Below are positions 61,953 through 64,000 of a stretch of DNA of 64,000 bases, piece by piece. Position 1 is the first letter of the stretch, and each line of letters opens with the position of its first letter. The notes beneath the pieces were generated by a model. That model was not told the origin of the DNA and searched no databases. It saw nothing but the letters and a program-made list of their open reading frames with translations. Both the position numbers and the translations under genes were made by a program. The stretch is from the human T2T-CHM13v2.0 reference genome, Homo sapiens. Where the stretch lies: the NCBI RefSeq assembly GCF_009914755.1, contig NC_060926.1; one strand, given 5' to 3'.

Positions 61953-64000
61953 TCACATATAGTAATTTATGAAGGCCAAGGACTTTTGTTTATATAAACA
62001 ACTCAAATTGATGTATCATGTGATTTATTATTGTCTCTATGCTTTTGATTAATTTATGAATCAGTCAGTCACATAGTTCATGGTAACATGTCATGGTTAA
62101 CATGTCAACATTTTACTGCATGTTAGGCAGAATTAAGCTTTATTAAATTTTGCAGTAAAATTAGTGTTTTTCTTGATTCTTTTGACGTGAAAAGTTACTT
62201 CCTATGTTTCTTTTCAAAACCTAAGCAGCAAACTAAGAATTTTCATTTGTCATAGTTGATTTCCAAAAGGACCAGAAAAACTGTTGTAACATAATAGCTT
62301 GGCTGAGGACACTGTACCGCAAAGCTGTAGAGTATTTTATTTTAATTAAAAATCATCTATACCTGAGCTAAAGAGAAAAAGGATCTACTGGGAGAAGATC
62401 TGATGCTTTGTTCATCTTGAATAAGCAAATGTATATATTACACTTTACATGTTTTTCCTCATGTATATATTAAAATATAGATATAGTCTCAATGATGCTT
62501 TAAATGTACATGTTAATGAACTTCTTTTTCTAAACCTAATTTGACAAATGTCTTTAATAAAAGAAAAGAAAGCAACTGGAACACCTTTGACTCCTTTGAT
62601 ATTCTCCCTTACCTTTTCCTTTCCAAGTTCTGTAATTAAAAGTAAATATAATGGCCAAATTAAAATATTTCACACTGTTCTTTCTCATCAATTCTTTAAT
62701 GTTTTCATCAATATTGGTTTTGTAATTATTTTTCACTGTCACTTCTGTAATTTATAGATTAAAAATTATCCAGATTTATTAAATTACTAGAATAGTTCTT
62801 TTGCCCAAAACACTTTAATATATTTTTTAAAAAAGTAAACAAAAGCCCTCCTAAAACTATATGTTACATTTATTGTATTTGCCAATTTTGATTACTTTGT
62901 CATGCTGTAGGGAAGTGATTACTGATCATTTATTATTAAAATATTGGCTTTCCTCTTGGTTCTCTTGGATTAAATACATATGGCTATAGGTTAGCTGGAG
63001 CACTGATGAAAATAAATTGTAAGCTCAAACTTCATTATCATTTGTAGCTTAAACATAGTGAATTTGATACAGTGTTACCTCATAATTTTGATGCTCTTTG
63101 CAGTAAATTTGATATAGAACAGTTGCTAAAGAAACCCTGTTCAAATGTGTGACCATTTTTATGGAAAACATCTGGGGTAATTATAATTAGTTCAGGATGT
63201 GTACTGTTTAAAAATAATCTTGAATTCATGGAGAATGAAGCATATCTTTTCCTTAGTGACTACAATAATCCAAATTAATATGAAAAAAGCCCTTTAGGTT
63301 ATTGGTAGCTATGCTTAGACTATGCTTTAGAATATTCCATACGGAAATGAGGAGTAACTTTTATGTAAAATGCCAAATTGGCACTTTACACCTGTTAGTG
63401 TGTTTCGTTTAGAACAGCTGTGTCTTTTATTATCAGTAAACAGATGCAGAAAGTAATGGAATGTTTTAAAGCAATATGTTAATCCTGTCTTCCACTACTG
63501 AACTGTCTCACAATATAGTGATTAAATATTGACTGTGCAGCTGTTACGTACAATTATAGAATTTCTTAGTTAATTTCTCCTTCCCAAGCTCAAATGCTTT
63601 AATATTTAGAGATCTAGTTTCTAATCTTAAAGTGTTTCATAATGTAGTTTATTTATTACAAATTGATTTCTGAAGAGAAGTTATTTGAATACTACAGAGA
63701 CAAATTCATGTTCTTAACATTCTTATTAAATGTTTCTATGAATTGACGAATGTTCTTGGTAGGATAAACAATTTAAAAATTTTATTTGTTTATTTTTCTT
63801 CCCTTGTTCATGAATATGAAGGTGATTATTGAATATAACAATTTTGTATGAAACTGCCAGCAGTAAGCTAAATAGGAAATTATGGCTATTTCATGAGACA
63901 TTTATGAACCAGAGTGTATAATACTTTCTTAGAATGATGAGTATGCAAGTTATTTCAATTATAATAGCCCTTTTGCAGTTTAATTATGTTTTAATTCTTA

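Overview
Primate genomic DNA, almost certainly human, matching the PMS1 locus (recalled as chr2q32.2). Positions ~2.0-27.0 kb hold the last seven coding exons (7-13) of the mismatch-repair gene PMS1 on the + strand, with canonical splice sites, consistent phases, a stop codon and an AATAAA signal. About 2 kb downstream is a CpG-rich promoter-like island (28.5-29.3 kb) with a cluster of RFX-type half-sites and a strong-Kozak ATG GAG|gtaac first exon. From this exon a chain of ten small, phase-compatible exons can be traced to 52.27 kb. It spells a ~159-codon reading frame with two internal stops and two mutated donors, and is a candidate unitary pseudogene invisible to the ORF track. The rest is repeat-rich: ~19 Alus, a full-length minus-strand L1PA7/8-type element that keeps an ORF0 homologue, a MER4-group LTR cluster, MST/MLT1/ERVL LTRs, DNA transposon relics, and several small direct-plus-inverted templated duplications. 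Repeat subfamily names come from remembered consensus sequences and were not checked with RepeatMasker.
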